Assembly: GCA_964016885.1 (NCBI GenBank)
Contig: OZ024744.1
Location: 35,278,001-35,342,000 of the forward strand
DNA: 64,000 nt
Direction of reading: 5' to 3'
Source of the DNA: Eledone cirrhosa
Taxonomy: Eukaryota
The notes beneath the pieces were generated by a model. It did no database searches. It saw only the letters and a list, made by a program, of their open reading frames with translations, and was not told the DNA's origin. A program made the position numbers and the translations under genes. Below, piece after piece: positions 24,000 through 36,479 of this stretch. The first letter of the stretch is position 1, and each line of letters begins with the position of its first letter.

Positions 24000-24370
24000 T
24001 ATATTGGTAAAAGGAAAAGAAAATGCTGACAAATTGTTCCCAGTGAAGAATAGTTTAATTAGGAATAAGTGAAAATTAGTAATAGTATTGGTTAGTATTC
24101 AGTTTTGGTTTTAAGTTTTACCGGTTGCGCATTTCTAATGCTTTTCAAAAATAATTTTGAGATAGAGCGCTCGTGATGTTTGCTCTAATCTGATTAGAGC
24201 AAACATCACGAGCGCTCTATCTCAAAATTATTTTTGAAAAGCATTAGAAATGCGCAACCGGTAAAACTTAAAACCAAAACTGAATACTATTACTAATTTA
24301 TACTTATTCCTAATTAAACTATTCTTCACTGGGAACAATTTGCCAGCATTTTCTTTTCCTTTTACCAATA
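24000..24370. mobile_element. ~180-bp-arm palindrome with 1-nt spacer in TA tract; variant hammerhead-like motif
   Basis: Centre gctctaatc-t-gattagagc at 24191; TTGAAAA GCATT-aga-AATGC GCAACCGGTA at 24234-24263. Confidence 0.8.
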
Positions 24371-24383
24371 TATATATATATAT

Positions 24384-25588
24384 ATAAACGGAAAAAATGA
24401 AACAAAATTTCATTTCCCACTCTTAGTACGGCTGTTACTTAAATATAAGTATGTACACGTACATACATATATGTATAGAGACGTACAGTAGTATGTATAT
24501 ATATATACATACATGCACACATATATATATATATGTACGTATGGATTCACCGAACATTTATTATAATGCTCGGTGTGTTTGTAAACAAACATCCCGTATT
24601 AAACCGTAGTGTCCAGCAACCATCGTTGCTCGTTTGTTCAACACTGACAAAAGAACGCTGTACTAGTTTCAAGCTTATTAGCTATTGTCAGCAACGTATA
24701 CCTTCCTGCCAGATTGTTGAACGTATATACTTACCTTATGCATATTAACGGCTGAGTAGCCCAATTTGCATATCGAGTGGGTTAATCGGCCGGGTGCACC
24801 GAAAACGATAAACGGAAAAAATGAAACGAAATTTCATTTCCCACTCTTAGTACGGCTGTTACTTAAATATAAGTATGTACACGTACATACATATATGTAT
24901 ACAGACGTACAGTAGTATGTATATATATATATACATACATGCACACATATATATATGTACGTATGGATTTACCGAACATTTATTATAATGCTCGGTGTGT
25001 TTGTAAACAAACATCCCGTATTAAGCCGTAGTGTCCAGCAACCATCGTTGCTCGTTTGTTCAACACTGACAAAAGAACGCTGTACTAGTTTCAAGCTTAT
25101 TAGCTATTGTCAGCAACGTATACCTTCCTGCCAGATTGTTGAACGTATATACTTACCTTATGCATATTAACGGCTGAGTAGCCCAATTTGCATATCGAGT
25201 GGGTTAATCGGCCGGGTGCACCGAAAACGATAAACGGAAAAAAATGAAACGAAATTTCATTTCCCACTCTTAGTACGGCTGTTACTTAAATATAAGTATG
25301 TACACGTACATACATATATGTATACAGACGTACAGTAGTATGTATATATATATATACATACATGCACACATATATATATGTGCGTATGGATTTACCGAAC
25401 ATTTATTATAATGCTCGGTGTGTTTGTAAACAAACATCCCGTATTAAGCCGTAGTGTCCAGCAACCATCGTTGCTCGTTTGTTCAACACTGACAAAAGAA
25501 CGCTGTACTAGTTTCAAGCTTATTAGCTATCGTCAGCAACGTATACCTTCCTGCCAGATTGTTGAACGTATATGCATATTAACGGCTT
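24384..25588 (+). repeat. Tandem array of ~2.85 x 423-bp Helitron-associated unit
   Basis: aaacggaaaaaatgaaac recurs at ~24386, 24810 and 25232; same unit on the minus strand at 44335-44830. Confidence 0.9.
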
Positions 25589-25883
25589 AATACGGGATGA
25601 AACGGGAGAGGAGACTGAGGTGGTATGGACATGTGATGCGCATGGAGGATGACCGATGGGTGAAGACGTGCCAGGAAATGCCAGTTGAAGGAAGACATGG
25701 TAGAGGTAGACCACGAAAAACATGGGCGGAGGCGGTGAGAACAGACCTCAGATCATTGAAGCTCACGGTGGAGATGACGAAGGACCGTGACGAGTGGAGA
25801 GATGCTGTGCTGAATAAGACCCGTCCCACCCTTGCAAGCAGGGAAGAGCGGACGTAAAATTATGATGATGATGATGATGATGA
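25589..25883 (+). mobile_element. RTE subfamily C 3' fragment (no long UTR)
   Basis: RRLRWYGHV..GRPRKTW..TRPTLASREERT followed directly by (GAT)n. Confidence 0.88.
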
Positions 25884-25896
25884 TATATATATATAT

Positions 25897-26096
25897 AGTA
25901 ATAATAATAAATTTGAATACTAAAATCCAAAGAGGGCTCGATAAGGATAAATATATATCAAATATATATTATTAAAATAACAGATTAAAGTTTAAGCAAA
26001 GAATCGCTGCTTTCACCCTTAGCGGCATCTTCTGAAACCTAGAAGATCCCGCTAAGGGTGAAAGCAGCGATTCTTTGCTTAAACTTTAATCTGTTA

Positions 26097-26103
<7 letters not shown>
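25897..26103. mobile_element. Palindromic solo copy of the Naiad-like PLE 3' end
   Basis: Arms match 40105-40265 in both orientations. Confidence 0.8.
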
Positions 26104-26151
<48 letters not shown>

Positions 26152-26155
26152 ATGA

Positions 26156-26199
<44 letters not shown>

Positions 26200-26203
<4 letters not shown>

Positions 26204-26390
26204 AGCGCGGGCAAAATTCCCAAGATCCATGGACGAGTTCTCTCCAGCGCGGTCTATGTCCCTCATTATCGATGCCATGTCCTGCCATCTCCTGCGTCTC
26301 CAACAGACCAGTCTCTGTCCTTAGAAACATTTAATTACCATACGTTAACCTTGGTCTTCCTCTTCCAGTGTGTCAATGTAGGGGCTCTCA
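26200..26390 (-). mobile_element. 3' fragment of the 40292-43606 RTE family
   Basis: Reverse complement of ~43430-43600 with a deletion; TA flanks. Confidence 0.85.
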
Positions 26391-26492
26391 CATATATATA
26401 GGTATGTAAAAGCTAAATAGAAATAACAACACAATCGGTACAGTAAATGGAAGGAATATATTAGGTTAACGCTTGAAATAGCAGGAAGAGGG

Positions 26493-26528
26493 TCTTAACG
26501 TTTTGGATGTTAGTCCTTCATCAGAAGA
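26493..26528 (-). ncRNA. Degenerate hammerhead (sister copy 56482-56519, plus strand)
   Basis: TCTT CTGATGA a GGAC-taac-aTCC aAAAC GTT AAGA; the two copies carry different mutations. Confidence 0.7.
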
Positions 26529-26754
26529 AAGAATGAGAAATTAGAAAGATTGAAGGGATAGGCGGGGTGGAATTGGAAAAAAATGTTTTTAGAGAAAAAT
26601 AACAGGTCCATTCATGTTATATATATGAGAAAGCAAGCATTTTGTTTTGGAAATAGCGAACGAAATTTGAAATTTAGTAGAAATAGAAGCTTTTGTTGTA
26701 TTTTGACTAAAGAAATTAGCTTGATAGTGGATTTAAAACCCACTATCAGGCTAA

Positions 26755-27195
26755 ATTCCTGTAATAATCAGGAGCTGATTATATAGAGCGATTGCCAGTC
26801 CAGCAAAAATTAGGTATTAGGATTGGTACTCTGAAATAGAGATGTATACATGAATGTATGTATCGTATATTTGGCAATATACCATATGTTTCGGCAATCG
26901 TTCTATATAATCAGCTCCTGATTATTACTGGAATTCTATAAGAACCCAGCTTCTATAATTCTCGGCAAAGGCAGCGGAGTGTGTGGTCTTGATAAACGCT
27001 AACAAGTGAGAAACAGACTGTCTGTCGATCACTCTCTGTTGTTATTTGCCAAGAATAAGTAAGTGACATAGTCACTACTTTAAAACTCATAGCGAATGGT
27101 CTTCAAAATGTTTTTAATTAGACATACTGTATATTGCCAAATATACTATACATACATTCATGTATATATCACTATTTCAGAGCACCAATACTAAT
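26755..27195. mobile_element. Rearranged inverted-repeat element with U3-A8 hammerhead variant at 26983-27032
   Basis: 26756-26797 inverted to 26892-26935 and 26815-26881 inverted to 27130-27195; gtggtc TTGATAA aCGCT-aaca-AGTGa GAAAC agact GTC tgtc gatcac. Confidence 0.65.
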
Positions 27196-27211
27196 ATATA
27201 TATATATATAA

Positions 27212-28224
27212 CACCTCTATTAGTACTAACCTACCCTCTACCTTCTTTAGAATAATAAATAAGCACTTTCCAGATTCACATAGATTCAGCAAAATCCTTA
27301 ACACTAAATCTATTAGACTATCTTACTCCACGGCACCAAACATAGAGGCACACATTAAGATGCTTAACGCTAAAATGATACATAACAACACCAGAACACA
27401 AATTTATAACAATAACAATACAATCACCATTGAACACAACCGAATATCTAATACACAACCACCCACTAATAGGCAAACAAAACGTAACACACTTGTACAG
27501 GCATCGCAGCCCACCAATAATGCCAAAGTTGCCCATGACAAGAATTGTAACTGCCACCTACCTGAAACATGTCCATTACATAATGAATGTATGCAGTCTA
27601 ACCTGGTTTACCAATACACAGTGGAATCAGACAACCAGAAATGGTATTACATCGGAGCGACTGGGAATATATTTAAAGCCCGTTGGTATACACATCGTTA
27701 CGCAATGAAACATTCCCAGCACCGTTATGTAACTACCCTTGCAAACAAGACCTGGCAACTGAGGGAAAGTAACCATCAATACACCCTGAAGTGGAAAAAA
27801 TTATCGAACGCGCCCCCATATCGGAGTGGTATGAGAAGCTGTCGATTATGTGATCTTGAGCTGTTCCACATTTTGAGTTCGAAGAATAAGTAACTCAACA
27901 ATAAAATCGAAAGATCAATTTATTGTAACCATAGACTCAAAGAAAAGTTTTCGCACTACAAGTGCAAATCGAACCCTTAACCTCTTACTACCACCTGACA
28001 AACTGCATATACTTAGACTTTCTACCCTCTTATTGTATCTAACCCCTTTAATTACCCACAAAAACCAATACCTATATCCCTCCCTTCTCCTTCATTCCTT
28101 TTCTATTTCTTTTCGTTTTCTTCCTTTCTTCTCTCCCCTTCTTGCTATCTTTTCTCTTCTTCTTTCTCGACCCCCCCCCATTTCTTTATTTTTTTAAATA
28201 TATATATTTATCTCTCTATATCCC

Positions 28225-28295
<71 letters not shown>

Positions 28296-28732
28296 CCACC
28301 CACTATAAACAATTTAATTCTCTTTAACTCACTACAATCTAAATCAACGACATGAAGTCTACATATCAAAACTGATCAAGGAATCCTTCCACCTCTACCC
28401 CTCCCTCCATCTCAGTTTGTCACTCTACTTCCTAACTCTTCTCCCCCTTCCTCTCTCTCTATACTATTCCGTTTGTCCCCCCACTTTCTAATTCCTCTTC
28501 CTCTCTCTCTATACTAGTAAATACAATTCCAACAAAATGTTTTTCTTTATATATTAAGAACTTTTTTAAGAGTAACTTACTCACTATTTTGAAAATTTGG
28601 ACGTGAACAACAATTATCATTGAGTGGCTGCTATTTGCAGTATAGCTATATAAGGTTGCACTTACCAATGAAACGGTCGTAAATACCTGGATAAAATCCT
28701 TTTCTTAATGCTTACCTGTATTTTCTCTTTTA

Positions 28733-28735
<3 letters not shown>
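27212..28735 (+). mobile_element. Penelope-like element 3' portion (Naiad-like GIY-YIG)
   Basis: CNC..CPL..C..NLVY..YYIGATG..FKARW..H..CRLC; premature TAA at 27891, frame continues LNNKIE..CNH to ~27980; hammerhead variant at 28585-28685; TA flanks. Confidence 0.88.
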
Positions 28736-28802
<67 letters not shown>

Positions 28803-28806
<4 letters not shown>

Positions 28807-29125
28807 TCATCATTTTACGTTCGCTTTTCCCTGCTTGCAAGGGTGGGACGGGAACTGATTCTGGCTTGATTTCTACAGCTGGATGCCCTTCCTAACACCA
28901 ACCTCATTTACAGTGAGTGCTGGATGCTTTTTTTCCGTGGCACCTACACGACCACTTTGCAGTGGAATGATAGTCCTATCATCTCATTTCTACAGCTGAG
29001 TAAACTGGAGCAATGTGAAATAAAGTGTCTTGCTCAAGGAAACAACACATCACCCGGTCTGAGAATTGAACTCACAACCTTTCGATTGCAAGTCTAATGC
29101 TCTAACCACTAAGCCATGTGCCTCC
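28803..29125 (-). mobile_element. tRNA-derived SINE, family 1, with subfamily-C-type RTE tail
   Basis: tRNA-like head, core, tail cccgtcccacccttgcaagcaggg matching the LINE end at 25820. Confidence 0.9.
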
Positions 29126-29273
29126 ATATATATAGGAAAATGTTTGACCCCGACGGCAGAGCTTAAGCCGTTCCTCCGGGGTCTAACATTTTCCTATTAC
29201 CCACTCTACTATCCTAAGTATTGAGTACTCTTGTGCGTTATGGCCCATCTGGTTCTTCACAACACCTCCTTTG

Positions 29274-29330
<57 letters not shown>

Positions 29331-29337
<7 letters not shown>

Positions 29338-30325
29338 GACGTAAAATAAGAAAGTTTTAAAAATCAAAAATCAACTTACTTACTAAAATTTTCACTCCAA
29401 CTAATTAGTTTCTGTATGGGGATAAATATAGTTACATAATATAACTATAGAGAATTCCATACGTCATCAGGGAGTCTATTCTCAGCTAAGTTCCCAGGCG
29501 ATGCGCGGACACCAGGAACCCATATAAAAATAATAATAATTCAGTGGATGGAACAAAGCTAGCGAGGACTAAATTCCTGAGCACTGAAAAAAATCACTGC
29601 CTCTGGTCAGTGGCAGATTCTAAAGAATAGTTGATTTTTGATTTTTAAAATTTTCTTATTTTATGTCTTTCATATAATTGTTCTGCATTCACCTGCATAG
29701 AACCAAAAAGGTACTAAGACATAACATATATATTTGCTAGCATAGGTGAACATCTGTACACATATGGTGGTAAATATACTAATTCTCTATATTTATCTCC
29801 AAATTATTTGTTGAGCAAAACTTGCCAAAATTTACTGCTGATTCATGGTAGTAGTAGCCTCTTGTCATAATACCACCCCGCTCCTAACTGATTAACCTCT
29901 GTGTCACGTGATTGATTCTTTAGAATCTGCCACTGACCAGAGGCAGTGAATTTTTTCAGTGCTCCGGAATTTAGTCCTCGCTAGCTTTCTTCCATCCACT
30001 GAATTATTATTATTTTTATATGGGTTCCTAGTGTCCGCGCATCGCCTGGGAACTTAGCTGAGAATAGACTCCCTGATGACGTATGGAATTCTCTATAGTT
30101 ATATTATGTAACTATATTTATCCCCATACAGAAACTAATTAGTTGGAGTGAAAATTTTAGTAAGTAAGTTGATTTTTGATTTTTAAAATTTTCTTATTTT
30201 ACGTCTTTCATATAATTGTTCTGCATCCCCCTGCATAGAGCCACAAAGGTACTAAGACATAACATATATATTTGCTAGCATAGGTGAACATCTGTACACA
30301 TATGTTGGTAAATATACTAATTCTC
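29331..30325 (+). mobile_element. Retrozyme/pLTR-like element: inverted arm plus 538-bp-period partial tandem
   Basis: 29331-29628 inverted to ~29915-30212; 29629-29788 repeated at 30167-30325; no ORF of note. Confidence 0.85.
30068..30149 (+). ncRNA. Hammerhead ribozyme motif with long stem II (twin at 29394-29475, minus strand)
   Basis: ACTCC CTGATGA cGTATGG..(atagtta/taactat)..CCATACa GAAAC taatta GTT GGAGT. Confidence 0.85.
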
Positions 30326-30332
30326 TCTCTCC

Positions 30333-30363
<31 letters not shown>

Positions 30364-30519
30364 CACACACATATATATATATACATATATACACACACAT
30401 ATATATATATATGTATTTTATATATATGTGTGTATGTATTTATGTGTCTGTGTATATATATATGTGTGTGTATGTGTATATGTATCTATATATAAATGTG
30501 TGTATGTGTGTATATATAT

Positions 30520-30960
30520 ATATCATCATCATCGTTTTACGTCCATTCTTCCACGCTAGGGTTTAGTCTTTGTCAGGTTGACTTTGAGACCCTTTCTTTC
30601 TAGTCCTTGCTTCCACGTTTGGAATTTCTTCTCTAGTTCTACCATAGAGTCAGCTATAAGTGTGATATCATCTGCATATAGGAGTTCCCATGGGCATCTG
30701 GTCATAAACTCCTCTGTTGTAGCCTACAATACTATAATAAGTAGGAGAGAGCTAAGAACAGAGCCCTGGTGTACACCGACCTGTATACTAAATTCCTCAC
30801 TATAGTCATTGCTAACCCTAACTTTGCTGACTGCTCTCCTATACATGTCTTGTACAGCTTTCACAAGCCATTCATCTACTCCTAGTTTTCTAAGAGCCCA
30901 CCAGATTATAGCACGGGGCACTCTGTCAAAGGCTTTTTCCAGATCGACAAATGCCAGGTA
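30520..30960 (-). mobile_element. Internally deleted RTE fragment joined to a tail
   Basis: LAFVDLEKAFD..HQGSVLS..YADD on the minus strand; (CAT)n at 30522. Confidence 0.85.
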
Positions 30961-31344
30961 GTATATACAGTATATATATATGTGTATGTGTGTGTGTGTA
31001 TGTAAGTATATATATATAGTTGAAAACAAGAGGTAAAGTTCCATACAAATCAAAGATGACAGGTAAAAAGTAAAAGTGAAATAACACAAGGGTATATTTA
31101 AAGATTATTTTTTTCTTTAATCTGACAGAATAAATATTTTTATAATTGTGACATTAAATGGATGTAAATTTTGTCAAATATTACCAGTTTTGATTGGTAT
31201 GTCAATCTTATCAAATATTATATACTCACATCTCTTTTTATATATATAAAAATATTTCAACTCACTCAACCGCTTCAATGTTTATTTACAAAAAAAATGT
31301 TCTCACAAAAGCTAATATTTAGCATTATAAACAAGAGTATCTGT

Positions 31345-31925
31345 TGCAGGAGTCATTTAGCTCAATGGTACAATTCAAGTATCTCTGGGCCGTATTCATG
31401 AGTGATGGAAAGCAGGAAGCTGAATTAAGTGTAAGAATTGCAGGAGCTGGTGCAGTAATGTGCCAGCTTCAGCATTCAGTAATCAGAAGGGAGGTAGGTG
31501 TAAAAATGAAACTTGCTATCTTCAATTTGGTATTTGTGCCAACCCTTACCTATGGTCATGAATCTTGGGTAATGAGCAAAGAAATACGATTTCAAATATA
31601 AGCGGCCGAAATGGGGTACCTCCAAAGGCTCTTTAGAGTAATGCTACTTGATAGAGTGCATAGCTCAGAGATCAGAGGGTCCCTCCAGGTAGAGTTGCTA
31701 CTTCCACGAATTAAAAGATTACAGCTCTGATACTATGGGCATGTGGTTAGAGTGTCTCAGGAAAGAATCGCTAGACAGGTTTTATGGGCAAAACCAACTA
31801 GCAGGAGATAACATCCATGAACTCACCTGGTCTCGCTTGGGGATCTAGCCAGATCAATTGGAGATGGTTATTTCCTGCTGGAAGGAAGGCTTGAGGACTC
31901 TGCTCCCATGACCTTCTCAGGAATA
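31345..31925 (+). pseudogene. Degenerate RTE (Expander-like) 3' fragment
   Basis: FKYL..PTLTYGHESW..AAEM..YGHVVR. Confidence 0.75.
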
Positions 31926-32119
31926 AATTGGCAAAAAAGAAGGTAGAGAGTACTCAACCAGAACTTGAGAGTTTACGGAGTGTAATCCTCTGTAGCAGTT
32001 GCTGGCCCTATTTTACCTGATTTATCTAAGCTGTGTTCACAGCTATTTTCCTGCATTTGAGATTTTCTTCATTTTTAAATATACATATATATATATATAT
32101 CAGACCATAACAGAATAGT

Positions 32120-32825
32120 TTAAAATGGGTTGTCCATGAGAACTTCTCTATGCAGATAGTTTTTTTTCCTTATACCTGAAACCAAAAAAGAACTATAAAA
32201 TAAATCCTGATTATAAAAACTGGATTTGGGATCAAACGGTCTGAGAGTAAACTAAATCAAAACGAATGTGTTAGTTAGTAGGAAAGAAGATAGGACCCAG
32301 ATTCCACCAGGGAAGTGCTTCTGCTCAATATGTAGAAAAGGAGTAGGCATAAACTCCATACAATGTACATAATGTAAATCCTGGGTATACAAAAGATGTA
32401 GTGGGATAAAAGGTAGACTAACAGGAAGGTAGAACTTTGTATGTAGATGATGCACAGGAGAAATCAAGAGGAAGTGTGCCAATGATATAAATCTTTTCCA
32501 GTCACAGGAAGGATCCATAGACTTGGTTGATAGCTTCTGCTATCTAGGTGACCTAATTAGCAGTGGAGAAGGGCCCGGCGAGAGAATAATAGCTAGAATA
32601 AGGATAGGATGGAAGAAGTTTAGTGAACTTCTCCCACTACTGACAACAAAAGGTTTCTCCCTATGTACAAAAGGAAGGCTGTATCATACCTGTGTGTAGT
32701 GTGTGATACTGCATGGTAGTGAAACATGGGCTGTAACTGCAGAAGACATGTGTAGACTGGAGAGAAATAAAGCAACCATGCTTCATTGTATGTGAAATAT
32801 AACTGTGAAATAAAGGCAGAGCTTA
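32120..32825 (+). pseudogene. Degenerate RTE-PHD fragment
   Basis: ELLYAD, CSICRKGVG..YKRCSG, FCYLGD, LHGSETW with stops. Confidence 0.8.
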
Positions 32826-33134
32826 GTGCTGTGGAAAGTGGAGACTAACATGCAGGAGTCACTGCTGATCTTCCATAAAACACTTTACCCAAAGGCTTGC
32901 ACTTTGGAAGGGAAACTTTGGAAGGTGCAAATCCATGGTCAGTCATGGCTGAAAGGGCTCATCGATGTTCATTTGCTTACAACTCTTTAGATTCTGAATT
33001 CAATTCTCACCCAGAAATCTTTTGCATTTCATCTTTTGAGGCTCTATAAACCCAAATGTAGGTCAAATACTGTATTTATATAATCAACTGTTCTCTTCTT
33101 CCACCACAAAATTTCTCGCCATGTGCCAATATAG

Positions 33135-33478
33135 GGTAAGGGTAAAGACACCCTTTGGTCACAAATCACCATGGGATTGCACCTAGAAAGTTCCCCGCCG
33201 ACATACAAGTCCAGTCATGGTTGTTTATGGAAGACCATCAGTTACCCATACATACCAGTCTCCCCTCTCCATGCCACCGATGTTGTCCAAGGGAAAGGTA
33301 ATGGCTGATACAGCTTAGCACCAGTGACACGACAACTCATTTCTACAGCTGAGTAAACTGGACCAAAATATAAAATAAAGTGCCTTGCTCAAGGACACAA
33401 TGCATCACCTGGTCCGAGAATTGAACCCACAACCTTCCGATTGCAAGCCCAATGCTCTAACCACTAGGCCATGCACCT
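33135..33478 (-). mobile_element. tRNA-derived SINE with family-1 head and core but a different tail
   Basis: Same head and core as 28803; body differs and ends in tttacccttaccc. Confidence 0.75.
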
Positions 33479-33804
33479 ATATAAGTAATTATTATTATTC
33501 ATTCTATTAGGTTCTTTGTTAGTTTAAGTATAATTATTTTACAGTAATTCTCTAAGTGCAAGTCTGCTCTTCCTCCTAGTTTATATGTTAAATACATCCT
33601 GTTTACTTTAGATTTAGGGTGGTGTATTCTTAAATCCTGTCATAAACTTCCTTGTTATCCTGTTTATATATATAATTTATTTCACCTAATTTTCAATTTA
33701 TTACTTAAAACTGCAACTAATTACTGAGATAGTTAACGTGTTTATGCTAATTACTTTGATTTCTTGTATTTAATTCTGCTCCTAATAGTAATGTGGTTCG
33801 TTTA

Positions 33805-34045
33805 TATTCATCACCATCACCACCATCACAATGACCAACACTACCACTATCATAGGCATCACTGCCACTACAACCACCACCATCACCACTGCCACTACAA
33901 CCACCACCATCACCTCCACCATCACCACCAACACTACCTCTATCACAGGCACCACAGCCACTACAACCACCATTACCACTACCACAGGCACCATCACCAT
34001 TACCATCACTACCACCATCATCACCATCATCATCATCACCACAAC
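33805..34045. repeat. Degenerate (CAC/CAT)n tract
   Basis: Direct reading. Confidence 0.9.
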
Positions 34046-34130
34046 TAATGTCAGCCACTATACCGAGTGTTCTGGGTGTATTTTCTCATAGAAATAGCAA
34101 TATAATTTTATTTTAATTTTTTTCCCCCTT

Positions 34131-34162
<32 letters not shown>

Positions 34163-34166
<4 letters not shown>

Positions 34167-34510
34167 CAGAAGGCATATTCAATTTGTTGGTAATTCAACA
34201 AATATAAATGTTTATAACTGATTCAGAGCACTCAACAGTTTTCTGGAGTATAATATATATCATCAGATAAAATACGAAGTTTGTTTTATAAATGTTGACA
34301 TGACCAAGGATGATATACCTTAACGGTTCAAGTTATCCCTGGAAAGTCAGGGATAACTTGAACCGTTAAGGTATATTATCCTTGGTCATGTCAACATTTA
34401 TAAAGCATTTTGTATTTTATCTGATGATAGCGTACCAACATTTTTGGTACCCTTGAAATATATATAATAAATATGGTTTTATAAATATAGTTTCCATTTA
34501 TTTAATATCA
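34163..34510. mobile_element. Palindromic hammerhead element, family H1 (motif at 34413-34473)
   Basis: Arms around ccctg-gaaagt-caggg; homologous to 36480-36735 and 57992-58445. Confidence 0.8.
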
Positions 34511-35211
34511 TTGTATATATATGTATATTGCCTGAAAAGTTCTATACAAGAATAAACCACTAAGAATGGATGGACATTCCAATAGATGTAGAGATAGTGA
34601 TGACTTGGTAGATGTTATGTTTTGTGGTAAGAAGAAAGATGTGAGGTGAAGAAGACACTTGGGAATTGTATCAAAGAAGAAGAAGAAGAAGAAGAAGAAG
34701 AAGAAGAAGAAGAAGAAGAAGAAGAAGAAGAAGAAGAAGAAGAATGAGGACAAGAAGGAGGAGGAGAAGATGATGATGATGATGATGACAATGATGATAC
34801 TGCATGAATCAGCTATATGACATCTACATAATCAAAATTTACCAAATTGACAATGAACAATGTATCTGTAAGACAACATATTACAACTCCTGGACTAAAC
34901 ACAGTAGAAAACCATTACATTTCTTACATGAGTACTAATATTTCACTAGAAAACCAATGGCATTCTGTTTACACAAAATATACTTTTGGGTCTTAAATAA
35001 TCATCCCCCTCCCTGCCCCCGCTTATTAATTTTTCAGATTCTAGCCCCCCACCCCCCTCCTCCATCCCTGCTTATTACAATTTTGCTATATCTAAATCGT
35101 GTGAAATTTTATTTTAAGTGGTAGCGTTCTGACAATTATGATAAAAATTATGATGATAAAATTTTCTTTATACGTTATAAAACATTATACATAACAAAAA
35201 AATAACATTAT

Positions 35212-35528
35212 AAGACGGTGGATTGGCAGTATCGGTAGAGGGTCGGATGCCATGCTTTGACGCATAGAGTTACGGCCCTTGCCATTCTGAGTTCAAATCC
35301 CGCCGAGGTTAACTTTGCTTTCATCTGAATGTAGTGGGTAATTACTGAATGTAGTGGGTAATTGTTGGCCTTGTGCCAAAAGTAGAAACAATTATAAGAC
35401 ATCCCATGGTCTGAGTTCAAATCCCGCCGAGGTTAACTTTGCCTTTCATCCTTACGGGGTCAATAAAATAAATTACCAGTAATGTACTGGGTAATTGCTG
35501 GCCTGTGCCAAAACTAGAAACAATTATA
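35212..35528 (+). mobile_element. SINE family 2 partial dimer
   Basis: B-box region and tail each occur twice. Confidence 0.8.
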
Positions 35529-36479
35529 AGAAATCCTATATTTATAAAATAAATAGGATTGTTTTGGGGGTCTTAATATGTAAACTAAATGACTAATTCT
35601 GGTTTTTAAAAAAACCAACGGAGACAATCGGAGAGAAATTATCGATTCTTCCGCGCCACCCACTTATTCAAACATCACCTATTATTTGGGACCCAAGAGT
35701 ACCTGCTCGTTCGTTAAGAACAATTCTGGTCTATAACTACTAGAAAGACTGCTATAAACATATATAGACATCTCATTACAAACTATGCGTACATAGAATA
35801 CAGGAACAAAAAAAAACAAAAAACAATGATGCTGATGATGATGATGATGAAGATGATGAGGAGGTGGAGTGTGAAGAGGAGATGATGATGAACATATGAT
35901 GATGATGATGATAAAAGGTGTATTCCATAAATGTATCAATATGTATTCCATAAATGTATCAATAAATGTATCAAAGTCAAGATTTTAATAAATCATTTAA
36001 GAAAATGTGCACATCTAATTGTCTGTTAATGTACATATATGTGTATGTGTGTATATATATATATATAAATTCAAAATATTAATAAATATAGACATTCATG
36101 TAATCAAAATATATTTTATTATATATATTTCAGAGGTACTGTGCTGTTTTTTCAGTACATCCACATCAGATAAAATATATAAATTGATGTATGACATACG
36201 TCAACTGTGCTGATGGTTCAAATCCAGTCTTGTTTAACTTTTGGTTATATATATATATATAATGTATAATAAACAATACAATATAATTACCTCATTACCA
36301 GAGGTTTCCCGAATAAGACGAATACAATAAACATCCTCATTCGTTTGTCGGACAAGGCAATTTAAAACATTAAATTTAGCTCTGGTACTTACATAGAGCA
36401 CTCTTCACTCCTATGACTTTTTCAATTTTCAACAGAAACTTCAATACCTATATATATATATCCGGGAGCTTCCAATAGA

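Noticed and set aside
24384-25588. CRISPR-like array or tandem 71-aa genes
   Set aside because: Whole-unit repeats with no unique spacers; the ORFs start inside microsatellite and show no domain.
27891-27893. In-frame stop in the Naiad-like ORF as possible selenocysteine recoding
   Set aside because: Some Naiads use UGA/SECIS, but this stop is TAA, the conserved cysteines are TGT/TGC, and no convincing SECIS was seen after either Naiad-like fragment.
29050-29125. tRNA gene
   Set aside because: tRNA-like head joined to a SINE core and LINE-derived tail; several diverged copies.
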